Source of the DNA: a virus | Taxonomy: Duplodnaviria > Heunggongvirae > Uroviricota > Caudoviricetes | IMG/VR virus record: IMGVR_UViG_2648501787_000003 | Length of the DNA: 14,605 bases | Reading direction: 5' to 3' (one strand) | Part shown: in pieces, positions 7,510 to 14,605 of the stretch | How positions within the stretch are numbered: the stretch's first letter is position 1 | Layout: each line of letters starts with the position of its first letter | Position numbers and translations under genes: made by a program | The notes under the pieces: model-generated | What the model saw: the letters and a program-made list of their open reading frames with translations, nothing else | Told to the model about the DNA's origin: nothing | The model's database searches: none

Positions 7510-8568
7510 TTACGCTCCGGTTTCTGCTGCGGCGGCGCTGAAGTCGCCAATCTGGATGTTTTCCACAAGTGCGGCACAGCGGTAGTCCTCAACCACATAG
7601 GCTTCGTTAACGGATTCAAAGTTTTCAATCCGGTCACGTTTCGGGTTGTCGATAACTGAACGGCGGCGGGTGTCTTCCTGCCAGTAGATGGACAGGTTAT
7701 CCAGACGGGTGATCAGCAGTGCATTCGGCGGGAAGAACGGTGCACGCACGGCCTGCAGGCCACCCATGCGTTTCTGACTGATGATCATATCGGCAGCCAG
7801 TTTTTCACTGTTTTCCTGCTCTTTGTTAACCAGCGGGAAATACTTGTCAGACAGCAGTTCACGCCCGCAAATCACCACCAGATCGTCATCGTCCTGGTAG
7901 ACCACGTCGATAAGCTCATTGACGGCATCCATCACCACGGCGTCCAGGTTGGCATATTCGCCACCTTTACCGACTTTCACCGCGCCCGGTGTGGTTTCAC
8001 CGCCCATGGTGGTGCTGCCCATGACGTGATCCGGTGCATCCTCACGGATTTTCTGCAGCCAGCCTTTGTTCACATCCTGCAGCAGCGGGTTTTCGCTGCG
8101 GTTGGAGGTTTTCGCACGCTTCACGCCGTTAAAGCCGATCATGATGCGGTCCAGTGCCTGACGTTTCACGATGGCGTCACGGATACGCACCTGGAAATCC
8201 TGAAACTTCGCCCACAGGTCCAGCTTCGCGTAGGTCAGTACCGTGTCAAAGTTGGTCTGCTCGCATTTGTATTCCACATCGACCATCAGCGTAGGATCGA
8301 CAGGTTCACGCTCTTTCGCGGTGGTGTCAGTGGTTCCGGCAATGGTGCTACCAACACCCAACCCCAGCAGCTGACCGGACTGCTCAGTCACTGGCGTGAC
8401 GTTAATCAGCGTCAGGAAAGCGGCGGACTGCTGGATCTGGTCTTCCAGCGTCTGCTGTACAGACGGCTCCACGGTGAACTTGCTGGACAGTTCTTCAACT
8501 GCCACACCGTTCAGACGCGCCAGCTGCTGCAGGTAAGCGTTAAAAGCAAAGCGGGTATTCTTCTTCAT
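7510..8568 (-). CDS. N: Major capsid protein gpN
   Basis: 352 aa; strong resemblance to P2 gpN (TRFAFNAYLQQLARLNGV…FTVEPSV…IMIGFNGVKRA…NPLLQDVNKGWLQK). Confidence 0.9.
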   Translation of the reverse strand: MKKNTRFAFNAYLQQLARLNGVAVEELSSKFTVEPSVQQTLEDQIQQSAAFLTLINVTPVTEQSGQLLGLGVGSTIAGTTDTTAKEREPVDPTLMVDVEYKCEQTNFDTVLTYAKLDLWAKFQDFQVRIRDAIVKRQALDRIMIGFNGVKRAKTSNRSENPLLQDVNKGWLQKIREDAPDHVMGSTTMGGETTPGAVKVGKGGEYANLDAVVMDAVNELIDVVYQDDDDLVVICGRELLSDKYFPLVNKEQENSEKLAADMIISQKRMGGLQAVRAPFFPPNALLITRLDNLSIYWQEDTRRRSVIDNPKRDRIENFESVNEAYVVEDYRCAALVENIQIGDFSAAAAETGA

Positions 8569-8584
8569 CAGGTTTTGTGCTCCA

Positions 8585-9418
8585 TCAGCAATTGGTCAGA
8601 GTGTCAGCGGGGGCGTTACCGCCTGTTGCACGCTGGCGGTAGTCCTGGCGGCTGTCTTCATGACTCAGCTTATTCACCAGTTCGTTAAAGGCGGTCTGCT
8701 GTGCCTGCAGGGCAGTCTCCAGCTCAGACAGACGTTCTTCCTGCTCAGACAGGGATTTTTCGGTGCGTGCGCTCAGGTTTTGCTGCTCAGTGGCGACCAA
8801 CTCCACGGCCTTATGCACATCAGAGAACCGGGCATCGTCGGACTGCTCTTTTTTGGTGAACAGTGCCGTGACGCGGGCAAACAGGGACGGCTTGTCCTCC
8901 TGGATTTCTTCCAGTTCGATCACCGTTTCCTCTGCGGCGGTAAAGAGATTGGCGGGATTCTGCTTGCGGTTTGCCAGCGGGTTATGGGCTGCACTGGCGC
9001 TGAATGTCAGCATTTCAGTGCCCAGACTGGCAGGGTCATCAGTGGCAGCCAGGCCGACCAAGTAGGCTTTGCCCGTATCAGCAAACTTCGGACTGACTTC
9101 CATAGATGTGAATAATTTCTGGCCTTTTTTCACCAGTTCCACCAGGGATTCCGTTGGCTCAACGTCGGCATACAGCGCCATCTTGCCTGCCAACGGACCT
9201 TCCGTGATTTCTTCAGCAAACAGCGCCGTCACCTTGCCGTAGCGGTTAAAGGTGCTGTCCGGCAGATAAGACTTGATGTGCTCAAGGTTAATCAGCGCGG
9301 TATACACCGCCGGGTTGTAGCTGGCTGCCATCTGTTCCAGCCATTCACGCTGGATTTCGCGTCCGTCGGTGGTGGCACCTTCCACCCCGATGCGAAAACG
9401 CTTTGCTTTCACTGTCAT
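8585..9418 (-). CDS. O: Capsid scaffolding protein gpO
   Basis: 277 aa; resembles P2 gpO (FRIGVEGATTDGR…INLEH…YLVGLAATDDPASLGTE…SDDARFSDVH…ATGG…TNC); first gene of the leftward late operon. Confidence 0.9.
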   Translation of the reverse strand: MTVKAKRFRIGVEGATTDGREIQREWLEQMAASYNPAVYTALINLEHIKSYLPDSTFNRYGKVTALFAEEITEGPLAGKMALYADVEPTESLVELVKKGQKLFTSMEVSPKFADTGKAYLVGLAATDDPASLGTEMLTFSASAAHNPLANRKQNPANLFTAAEETVIELEEIQEDKPSLFARVTALFTKKEQSDDARFSDVHKAVELVATEQQNLSARTEKSLSEQEERLSELETALQAQQTAFNELVNKLSHEDSRQDYRQRATGGNAPADTLTNC

Positions 9419-9496
9419 GAGCCGTGCTCCGTTAGAAAAAACTTACTGGAGCCTTATGGTTGCGGTGATGGGGGCAGTGAAACAATGCGCGGTATT

Positions 9497-9514
9497 TGTA
9501 CCGACAACCACACA
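9497..9514 (-). promoter_or_regulatory. TGT-N12-ACA dyad in the O/P divergent intergenic region; candidate late-promoter activator site (P_O-like)
   Basis: TGTaccgacaaccacACA. Centre ~88 nt upstream of the O ATG, with a possible -10 (CATAAG, minus strand, 9458-9453) ~50 bp downstream of the centre. An adjacent ACA-N12-TGT (9482-9499) shares the TGT. Confidence 0.45.
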
Positions 9515-9560
9515 AACCGCAGGCGGGGAAAGCCTTCATTCAAGGCTGTAGGTTTGTGCC

Positions 9561-11327
9561 ATGAACACCACACTGACACCCGCAGATCTCGATCCCCGTC
9601 GGCAGGCCATGCTGCTGTACTTTCAGGGATACCGCGTCGCCCGCATTGCTGAAATGCTGGGCGAGAAAGTTGCAACTGTTCACAGCTGGAAAAAACGCGA
9701 CAAGTGGGGTGACTATGGGCCGCTGGATCAGATGCAGCTCACCACCGCCGCACGCTACTGCCAGCTCATTATGAAGGAGCACAAAGAAGGGAAAGATTTC
9801 AAAGAGATTGACCTGCTGGCGCGCCAGTCGGAGCGCCACGCGCGGATCGGCAAGTTTAACAATGGCGGCAACGAAGCCGATTTAAACCCTAACGTCGCCA
9901 ACCGCAACAAAGGCCCACGCCGTCAGCCGGAAAAGAATGTTTTCACCGATGAACAGATTGAGAAGCTGGAAGAAATCTTCCATTCCTCCATGTTCAACTA
10001 CCAGCGCCACTGGTGGGAAGCCGGAAAAACCAACCGCATCCGCAACCTGCTGAAGTCACGCCAGATCGGCGCAACCTTCTATTTTGCCCGTGAAGCCCTG
10101 ATTGACGCCCTGCTGACCGGACGTAACCAGATTTTCCTTTCCGCCAGCAAGGCACAGGCCCACGTCTTTAAGCAGTACATCTTCGACTTCGCCAAAGAAG
10201 TGGAGGTGGAGCTGAAAGGTGATCCGATGGTGCTTCCTAACGGTGCCACGCTTTACTTCCTCGGCACCAATGCCCGCACTGCCCAGAGTTATCACGGCAA
10301 CCTGTATCTGGATGAATATTTCTGGATACCGAAATTTCAGGAGCTGCGTAAAGTGGCTTCCGGTATGGCTATTCACAAAAAATGGCGACAAACCTATTTT
10401 TCCACGCCATCAAGCCTGACCCACAGTGCTTATCCGTTCTGGTCCGGTGCGCTGTTCAACCGTGGACGCAACAAAGCCGACAAGGTGGACATCGACCTGT
10501 CCCACAGCAATCTGGCCCCCGGCCTGCTGTGCGCAGACGGGCAATACCGCCAGATAGTCACCGTGGAAGATGCGGTGCGCGGCGGCTGCAACCTGTTCGA
10601 CCTTGACCAGTTGCGCATGGAGTACAGCCCGGACGAATACCAGAACCTGCTGATGTGCGAGTTTGTGGACGATCTCGCGTCCGTGTTTCCGCTCAGCGAG
10701 CTGCAGGCGTGCATGGTGGACAGTTGGGAAGTCTGGACCGACTTTCATGCACTGGCCCTTCGCCCGTTTGGGTGGCGCGAAGTGTGGATCGGTTATGACC
10801 CGGCAAAAGGTACGCAGAACGGCGACAGCGCCGGATGCGTGGTGGTGGCACCGCCAGCCGTGCCGGGCGGTAAGTTCCGTATTCTTGAGCGCCACCAGTG
10901 GCGCGGGATGGACTTCCGCGCCCAGGCGGACGCCATCAAAAAACTGACCGAACAGTACAACGTGACATATATCGGCATCGACTCGACGGGTGTCGGTCAC
11001 GGGGTTTACGAGAACGTGAAAGCGTTTTTTCCTGCCGTCCGGGAGTTTGTCTACAACCCCAACGTTAAAAATGCCCTGGTACTCAAGGCATACGACATTA
11101 TCAGCCACCGCCGTCTGGAGTTTGACGCCGGGCACACCGACATTGCGCAGTCATTCATGGCAATCCGTCGCGCCACCACCGCCAGTGGCAACCGCCCGAC
11201 CTATGAAGCCAGCCGCAGCGAAGAAGCCAGCCACGCCGATCTGGCCTGGGCAACGATGCACGCACTGTTTAATGAACCGCTGCAGGGCGAGTCCGCCAAT
11301 ACAAGCAATATTGTGGAGATTTTTTGA
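9561..11327 (+). CDS. P: Terminase large (ATPase) subunit gpP
   Basis: 588 aa; the N-terminal region resembles P2 gpP as I recall it (…DLDPRRQA…SWKKRDKW…KEGKDFKEIDLLARQ…); ATG at 9561; stop TGA overlaps the Q start. Confidence 0.9.
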   Translation: MNTTLTPADLDPRRQAMLLYFQGYRVARIAEMLGEKVATVHSWKKRDKWGDYGPLDQMQLTTAARYCQLIMKEHKEGKDFKEIDLLARQSERHARIGKFNNGGNEADLNPNVANRNKGPRRQPEKNVFTDEQIEKLEEIFHSSMFNYQRHWWEAGKTNRIRNLLKSRQIGATFYFAREALIDALLTGRNQIFLSASKAQAHVFKQYIFDFAKEVEVELKGDPMVLPNGATLYFLGTNARTAQSYHGNLYLDEYFWIPKFQELRKVASGMAIHKKWRQTYFSTPSSLTHSAYPFWSGALFNRGRNKADKVDIDLSHSNLAPGLLCADGQYRQIVTVEDAVRGGCNLFDLDQLRMEYSPDEYQNLLMCEFVDDLASVFPLSELQACMVDSWEVWTDFHALALRPFGWREVWIGYDPAKGTQNGDSAGCVVVAPPAVPGGKFRILERHQWRGMDFRAQADAIKKLTEQYNVTYIGIDSTGVGHGVYENVKAFFPAVREFVYNPNVKNALVLKAYDIISHRRLEFDAGHTDIAQSFMAIRRATTASGNRPTYEASRSEEASHADLAWATMHALFNEPLQGESANTSNIVEIF

Positions 11328-12373
11328 TGGGAAAGAGTAAGAAAAACCGCGCTGCGGCGATGAATCACATCCAGCATAAAAGCCAGACTTCAGCCGAAGC
11401 ATTCAGCTTCGGCGATCCCGTTCCTGTTCTGGACCGCCGAGAATTACTGGACTATGTGGAATGCGTACAGATGGACCGTTGGTATGAGCCGCCCGTCAGC
11501 TTTGACGGACTGGCGCGCACCTTCCGCGCCGCCGTGCATCACAGTTCCCCGATTGCAGTAAAGTGCAACATTCTGACCAGTACCTATATCCCTCATCCGC
11601 TGCTCAGCCAGCAGGCTTTTTCGCGTTTTGTGCAGGACTATCTGGTATTTGGTAACGCCTACCTGGAGAAACGCACGAACCGCTTCGGTGAAGTTATCGC
11701 CCTTGAACCGACCCTGGCAAAATACACCCGACGCGGATTAGACCTGGATACCTACTGGTTTGTGCAATACGGCATGACTACGCAGCCGTATCAGTTCACG
11801 AAAGGCAGCATTTTTCATCTGATGGAACCGGACATCAACCAGGAGATCTACGGCCTGCCCGGTTATCTTTCTGCCATTCCGTCAGCCCTGCTCAACGAGT
11901 CCGCCACGCTGTTCCGCCGCAAGTATTACATTAACGGCAGTCATGCAGGCTTCATCATGTACATGACCGATGCAGCGCAGAACCAGGAGGATGTGAACAA
12001 CCTCCGCAATGCGATGAAAAGCGCCAAAGGTCCTGGTAACTTCCGTAACCTGTTTATGTACTCGCCTAACGGTAAAAAGGACGGGCTTCAGATTATCCCG
12101 TTGTCAGAAGTGGCGGCGAAGGATGAGTTCCTGAATATCAAGAACGTGAGCCGGGACGACATGATGGCGGCGCATCGTGTGCCGCCACAAATGATGGGGA
12201 TAATGCCTAATAATGTCGGGGGGTTTGGGGATGTAGAAAAGGCAAGCCGTGTCTTTGTCCGCAACGAGTTGATACCTCTGCAGAAACGCCTACAGGAACT
12301 TAACAACTGGCTGGGCGATGAAGTTATACGTTTCGAGCCGTACACTTTAGATATTCAGAATGAAAAGAAATAA
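11327..12373 (+). CDS. Q: Portal (capsid vertex) protein gpQ
   Basis: About 348 aa, immediately downstream of P as in P2. The track starts at TTG 11324; I prefer ATG 11327, which overlaps the P stop (TGATG). Stop TAA at 12371-12373, followed by a hairpin. Confidence 0.85.
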   Translation: MGKSKKNRAAAMNHIQHKSQTSAEAFSFGDPVPVLDRRELLDYVECVQMDRWYEPPVSFDGLARTFRAAVHHSSPIAVKCNILTSTYIPHPLLSQQAFSRFVQDYLVFGNAYLEKRTNRFGEVIALEPTLAKYTRRGLDLDTYWFVQYGMTTQPYQFTKGSIFHLMEPDINQEIYGLPGYLSAIPSALLNESATLFRRKYYINGSHAGFIMYMTDAAQNQEDVNNLRNAMKSAKGPGNFRNLFMYSPNGKKDGLQIIPLSEVAAKDEFLNIKNVSRDDMMAAHRVPPQMMGIMPNNVGGFGDVEKASRVFVRNELIPLQKRLQELNNWLGDEVIRFEPYTLDIQNEKK

Positions 12374-12400
12374 AAGTTAGCGAATAAAAATCATTAGCAT

Positions 12401-12421
12401 AGGCCGCAAACTGAGCGGCCT
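12401..12421. terminator. Hairpin between convergent genes Q (+) and the 89-aa ORF (-); candidate bidirectional terminator
   Basis: aggccgc-aaactga-gcggcct (7-bp GC-rich stem, 7-nt loop), followed by tattcatt on the plus strand; located between the stop codons of the two convergent genes. Confidence 0.5.
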
Positions 12422-12427
12422 TATTCA

Positions 12428-12697
12428 TTACCAATTTCTTTTTTCGGAGTTTAGCCAATCACCGCATGGATAATATCTTGACGCCCATTCACCTTGTAAA
12501 CGAGCTACAAACAGAATATCGTTACTATCGACCCTGGCTTGGAGTCCGTCACGCAGTTGAGTTGCGGTCAGCGTTGTATCTACTAACCAAAATGATTCAA
12601 GATATTTACAGTATGTAAATTGCTTTAGATAGTCAAAAACTTCATCGTAGTTTCTTCCCGGAGCCTTCAAGTCATAGGTTATACAATAAATAGCCAT
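12428..12697 (-). CDS. Hypothetical 89-aa protein, predicted alpha/beta (ferredoxin-like beta-alpha-beta-beta-alpha-beta pattern); function unknown
   Basis: ATG at 12697 lies 3 nt after the stop of the upstream Cys-rich ORF; GGAG upstream; AT-rich codon usage unlike the structural genes; hairpin immediately after the stop. MAIYCITYDL... is a hydrophobic beta-strand-like N-terminus. No family assignment possible. Confidence 0.5.
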   Translation of the reverse strand: MAIYCITYDLKAPGRNYDEVFDYLKQFTYCKYLESFWLVDTTLTATQLRDGLQARVDSNDILFVARLQGEWASRYYPCGDWLNSEKRNW

Positions 12698-12700
12698 TCT

Positions 12701-12883
12701 CTAAGCTCCGCATTTTTTATCATTTGGGGAACATCTTAACCTGCGACATTTGCGGCAATACGATTGAGGGATCAGCCGCTCTCCTTCCATAGTTCTAAAA
12801 CCAAACACTTCTTCAATTTTGTTCAAATCACCACTTGCAATAACCCCACAGCAGGGGCAGACAGCCTCAATTTGAAATGCCAT
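12701..12883 (-). CDS. Hypothetical small Cys-rich protein (putative zinc ribbon), 60 aa
   Basis: Seven Cys in 60 aa, arranged CPCC…(30 aa)…CRKC…C…C. ATG at 12883 preceded by TGGAGATAGAC (GGAG 6 nt upstream). The track's 81-aa version starts at TTG 12946. Tightly coupled to the downstream 89-aa ORF. Confidence 0.45.
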   Translation of the reverse strand: MAFQIEAVCPCCGVIASGDLNKIEEVFGFRTMEGERLIPQSYCRKCRRLRCSPNDKKCGA

Positions 12884-12982
12884 GTCTATCTCCATTCCAC
12901 ATGTTGAATGTAGGGTAATACTTCCTTTCAAGCAAAAATGAGACAAGGATCTTGAAACCTAATTTAAACTTGCTTGCGCGCG

Positions 12983-13001
12983 CTCGTATCCCCGCCACGC
13001 C
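12983..13001 (-). other. Candidate cos site (cohesive-end region) of the P2/186 type
   Basis: Minus strand reads 5'-GGCGTGGCGGGGATACGAG-3'. By recollection the P2 and 186 cohesive ends are GGCGAGGCGGGGAAAGCAC and GGCGTGGCGGGGAAAGCAT (15/19 match to 186). Orientation relative to Q matches P2, where the 3' end of Q faces the left cos end. Confidence 0.45.
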
Positions 13002-13023
13002 TGCCCGCTTTATGTAGTAGTTT

Positions 13024-13130
13024 TCATGCAGGTGCATGATCTACGCGAAAGCCCGCCAGTTCTGGCGGGCCCTAGCAAAAACGATCCTCAAACGATCATG
13101 CGATCTCATGCAGCATAGTCATGCACGATC
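13024..13130. repeat. Cluster of TCATGC(A) repeats with five GATC sites
   Basis: TCATGCA at 13024-13030, 13106-13112 and 13119-13125; TCATGCg at 13096-13102; inverted TGCATGA at 13033-13039, forming the palindrome tcatgca-gg-tgcatga. GATC at 13038, 13083, 13094, 13102 and 13127. Confidence 0.5.
13051..13070 (-). terminator. GC-rich hairpin downstream of the 280-aa membrane-protein gene; possible terminator or cos-region structure
   Basis: gcccgccag-tt-ctggcgggc (9-bp perfect arms); on the minus strand it is followed by TTTCGCG, a weak T-tract. Confidence 0.35.
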
Positions 13131-13961
13131 ATTTGACTCAGCATCTGCTGCACGCTTGCTGCGCGAAGATGCACTTTTACTATCAATCTTTCGACAGTTC
13201 TTTCTATCCCTGGCTTCATTTTCTTTAAATTTGTTATATGTCTCAGTATCAAAAAACGAAATTGTTTCAACCTCATCTTTTGGTATGAGCACACGGAAAT
13301 CTTCGATATTAAGCCGAGACATTCCACTTATCACACCACTATCAAGATAATGTTGGTGATAGTTAGTCGTGATACTAATCGTTAGATCATCTTTATCCCG
13401 ATATCCGCTTAACATCGGGAGAAGTTCAAGGTGCTCTGAAAGCCCGTTTTCTAACGCCGGACAAGTAACAAGACCAACATAGATTTTGCGAGACGACAGA
13501 GTTGCTATGATCGGAAACTGTCTTGCGGACGCTTCCATGAGTAATGATTCGAAAGCGTTATTACCCACAGCTTTAGCTAAGGCATCCCAGCGACGATCTC
13601 CACGTGATGTGCGTAACTTATTTCCAAAACCTGAAATCGCAGCGAGGACAATTGAAATCATAACCCATGCTATCTGTTTGATTTCATTTATTCTTTGAAG
13701 TTTGTCTTTCGATGAAGACAACATGCCATTAAAACTGTCAGGTGTTAGATTCAAGGCATTAGCCAGCCAACGAAACCCTCCGCTGACGTTCAAAATAAAG
13801 GTGAAAAAACCGCCAAGGAGAAAAAAAACGATACCCCAGGCAGCCACAAAAAAATAAGCGTCCCAGCCGTTGGAACGCTTATATCGGTATCTTGTTGAAA
13901 GTGATAGGTTTACATAAATAAAACCACTAACCAAAATCACTGCTAAAAGTAATGTTGCCAT
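13119..13961 (-). CDS. Hypothetical membrane protein, 280 aa: three N-terminal TM helices plus ~160-aa C-terminal soluble domain with charged Ser/Lys/Arg-rich tail; function unknown
   Basis: Long ORF in AT-rich DNA; hydrophobic helices at about residues 2-21, 36-58 and 98-113. ATG at 13961..13959 overlaps the TAA of the upstream 71-aa ORF (TAATG), indicating translational coupling. Hairpin 13051-13070 lies ~50 nt past the stop. Confidence 0.65.
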   Translation of the reverse strand: MATLLLAVILVSGFIYVNLSLSTRYRYKRSNGWDAYFFVAAWGIVFFLLGGFFTFILNVSGGFRWLANALNLTPDSFNGMLSSSKDKLQRINEIKQIAWVMISIVLAAISGFGNKLRTSRGDRRWDALAKAVGNNAFESLLMEASARQFPIIATLSSRKIYVGLVTCPALENGLSEHLELLPMLSGYRDKDDLTISITTNYHQHYLDSGVISGMSRLNIEDFRVLIPKDEVETISFFDTETYNKFKENEARDRKNCRKIDSKSASSRSKRAADAESNDRA

Positions 13962-14176
13962 TATCTGGTTCTATTAGTTTTCTCTTTTACAGTGCTCGTT
14001 TTGATGCCTTCAAGCTTATCCATCTGTGCCTTGATGGCATCCATTGCTCTTTTGTTAGACAAGTCTACGGACACAAAACCATCTTTACTAAGATTGAGTT
14101 TGTCCTGGTTCTCTTTAAGAACCCTTGCCAGACGTTCAACTGGGTTACCCAGGCTAAATGCGGCGATGCTTGACAT
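13961..14176 (-). CDS. Hypothetical 71-aa soluble protein (predicted mostly helical, Lys/Glu-rich); first gene of a two-gene cassette
   Basis: ATG at 14176 preceded by a G-rich SD (AAAAGGGGGAGTT-ATG); stop overlaps the start of the membrane protein. The antisense plus-strand ORF 13992..14252 is the alternative reading, so confidence is moderate. Confidence 0.5.
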   Translation of the reverse strand: MSSIAAFSLGNPVERLARVLKENQDKLNLSKDGFVSVDLSNKRAMDAIKAQMDKLEGIKTSTVKEKTNRTR

Positions 14177-14365
14177 AACTCCCCCTTTTCACATGGCGCG
14201 GAAGTCTACACTCCGACGCCTACAACCTCAACAGATTATCTTTAAAATTTAGACAACAATATCATCTGTTGATTGCGTTACTTAAACTTAAGTTCAATGC
14301 GCTCGATCATGCAAGCTGTTTCTTAAGAACTGTTAATTTCCTGGCATATATAGTGGTTAAGGTAA

Positions 14366-14593
<228 letters not shown>

Positions 14594-14605
14594 AGCTATA
14601 ACCCC

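Noticed and set aside
8026-9115. Plus-strand ORFs 8026..8688 (220 aa), 8660..9115 and 8763..9065
   Set aside because: Antisense to the major capsid (N) and scaffold (O) genes, whose products are unmistakable; no independent support.
9482-9499. ACA-N12-TGT as a second independent activator site serving the P promoter
   Set aside because: It has reversed half-site order relative to the canonical TGT-N12-ACA and shares its TGT with the canonical site. Without binding data it cannot be called a separate site.
10410-11135. Minus-strand ORF 10410..11135 (241 aa) and other minus ORFs inside 9561..11327
   Set aside because: Antisense to the large terminase gene P, which is continuous and recognisable over 588 aa.
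11324-11326. TTG start for portal gene Q and TTG/GTG starts given by the track for R (4502), L (6823) and the Cys-rich ORF (12946)
   Set aside because: In each case a nearby in-frame ATG or GTG with a better SD, and better agreement with the P2 N-terminus, is more plausible. The track simply reports the most upstream possible start.
13036-13350. Plus-strand ORF 13036..13350 (104 aa) and 13486..13698 (70 aa)
   Set aside because: They overlap the 280-aa minus-strand membrane-protein gene antisense. The minus-strand frame has coherent TM helices and translational coupling, whereas the plus-strand ORFs lack an RBS and begin inside the cos-proximal repeat region.
13992-14252. Plus-strand ORF 13992..14252 (86 aa) as an alternative to the 71-aa minus-strand gene
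   Set aside because: The minus-strand ORF has a G-rich SD and a TAATG coupling junction with the downstream gene, and the plus ORF has neither. This is not fully excluded, hence only moderate confidence on the 71-aa call.

Overview
This window is the late (morphogenetic and lysis) module of a P2-like (Peduovirus-type) temperate phage or prophage, followed by a compositionally distinct accessory region. The gene calls rest on my recollection of P2 protein sequences and gene order plus start-codon and ribosome-binding-site (SD) inspection; no database search was possible. Minus strand, 1-9418, in P2 order: tail fiber H (N-terminal 372 codons, the rest lies beyond the window start), baseplate I-J-W-V, tail completion S-R, a lysis cassette (LysC/Rz1, LysB/Rz, LysA, SAR-type endolysin, small 2-TM holin), X, capsid completion L, small terminase M, major capsid N and scaffold O. 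Plus strand, 9561-12373: large terminase P and portal Q, diverging from O across a 142-bp region that carries a TGT-N12-ACA dyad typical of P2 late promoters. Downstream of Q the sequence becomes AT-rich (roughly 30-45% GC in sampled 60-nt lines versus about 57% in the structural genes) and holds a probable cos site (minus-strand GGCGTGGCGGGGA... at 12983-13001) flanked by two pairs of small uncharacterised minus-strand genes: a zinc-ribbon protein plus an 89-aa protein between Q and cos, and a 71-aa protein coupled by a TAATG overlap to a 280-aa 3-TM membrane protein on the other side, where P2 carries old/tin. These four genes are the best candidates for an undescribed accessory (possibly anti-phage or toxin-type) system; I cannot assign them to any family from sequence alone. 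No tRNA, rRNA, CRISPR array, integrase or att site is visible.
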